Both the position numbers and the translations under genes were made by a program. A stretch of 64,000 nt of DNA, from NCBI GenBank assembly GCA_010405405.1, contig MU004230.1, positions 282,627 through 346,626 of the forward strand, given 5' to 3'. This DNA comes from Microthyrium microscopicum (lineage: Eukaryota). This document shows, piece by piece, positions 63,037 to 64,000 of this stretch. The notes beneath the pieces were generated by a model. It ran no database searches, was not told the origin of the DNA, and worked only from the letters and a program-made list of their open reading frames with translations. Each line of letters starts with the position of its first letter. Position 1 is the first letter of the stretch.

Positions 63037-64000
63037 ATGGCTCAGGACTTTGCAGATTACACGAATCCGGCCATCAGTGTCGTCAAAATTAACCTGGTAG
63101 GGCGTGATGGCAATGCGCACCACACCTTTGCGCCAGCCATCACTGAGAGCATCTACGAAAAGGACCACATATTTGGCTACAAATCGCCAAAAATCCACAT
63201 TTCGTTCCGCGCGGATGATATGCGCCCTTCAGTCAGCATCAAATTTGCCAAGAAACTGACTGTGCAAGAGGCAGAAAAGCTACTCGGCGTTCAAATTCCA
63301 GGCGAGGCTGCCGACCAAGTCGCCGATGAAGCTGCCAAAATTCTGGACATCGAAGGCCCCCTTCGCGAATACCTCCCCGAAGATGCTTTCGCGGAGCCCA
63401 GCAAAGATGCCATGCAAGGCGTACAAGACGGTGCCTGGACGCCTCCGGGCGAAAAGCACCACGAATACACCTTCGAAGGCCGCCAGATGCAAGTCTGGGG
63501 TGCCAGCCTACGCGACCGCCGCGCAATCGCCATCCTCAAGAACATGAAAATACTAATCCCAATGTTCATCGAAGGAGGCACTGTTGATTACCTTGACGAC
63601 GACGATGTCCCCGAGCACAAGTGGACCATTGACCGCTGGAAGGTCTTCCTCCTCTACCAAGTCACGAACTCCACCTACTCCCTCGCCGGCTTCTGCACAT
63701 CCTACCGTCTACCCATACCTACACCCAACGCCGCCCTTCTCCCCAATCAGTATCCTGCGCGCGAACGTATATCGCAATTCATCATACTCCCACCCTACCA
63801 ACACTCCGCCCACGGAATCCACCTCTACAACGCCGTGACTGCGACCTTCCTTGCCGACCCACTCACATTCGAAATTACAGTCGAAGATCCCAACGAAGCA
63901 TTCGACTACTTACGCGATTACTGCGATTTCCACCGCCTACTCGCTGACGCGGAATTTGCCGCGCTCGCTCTGCCAGCGCGCATTCCTACCGAAGACCTCA
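63037..64000 (+). CDS. HAT1: Histone acetyltransferase type B catalytic subunit (truncated by window end)
   Basis: IFGYK, FRADDMRP, IPMFIEGG, RERISQFIILPPYQ and EITVEDPNEAFDYLRD. Confidence 0.94.
   Translation, partial: MAQDFADYTNPAISVVKINLVGRDGNAHHTFAPAITESIYEKDHIFGYKSPKIHISFRADDMRPSVSIKFAKKLTVQEAEKLLGVQIPGEAADQVADEAAKILDIEGPLREYLPEDAFAEPSKDAMQGVQDGAWTPPGEKHHEYTFEGRQMQVWGASLRDRRAIAILKNMKILIPMFIEGGTVDYLDDDDVPEHKWTIDRWKVFLLYQVTNSTYSLAGFCTSYRLPIPTPNAALLPNQYPARERISQFIILPPYQHSAHGIHLYNAVTATFLADPLTFEITVEDPNEAFDYLRDYCDFHRLLADAEFAALALPARIPTEDL

Overview
This is eukaryotic DNA from a filamentous ascomycete (Pezizomycotina): short GT-AG introns with CTRAY branch points and clear RIP signatures. Positions 1-5834 are a RIP-destroyed, extremely AT-rich transposon relic. 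The rest is a gene-dense region with about 24 intron-containing genes. Conserved genes include a PPN2-like phosphoesterase, UBP12, SEC10, NAD(P)HX dehydratase, NAT10/KRE33, U1-C, twinfilin, a carboxylesterase, an MFS transporter, mitochondrial uL14, a Sec7-PH GEF, ECM14, an SDR, CDD1 and HAT1. These are interleaved with orphan or accessory genes and one TIR-bounded non-autonomous element. The most striking observation is that the U1 snRNP C gene gives the conserved MPKFFCDYC N-terminus only if intron 1 is spliced as a U2-type AT-AC intron next to a 6-nt micro-exon, which suggests splice-site-sensing autoregulation. Other leads are a probable ACG (non-AUG) start in UBP12, a Ddi1/retropepsin-like domain with Cys at the catalytic Asp position, a divergent tandem-UBL/RBR E3 pair, and a divergent zincin/ADP-ribosyltransferase-like pair. 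All gene models were built by eye and no database searches were run.
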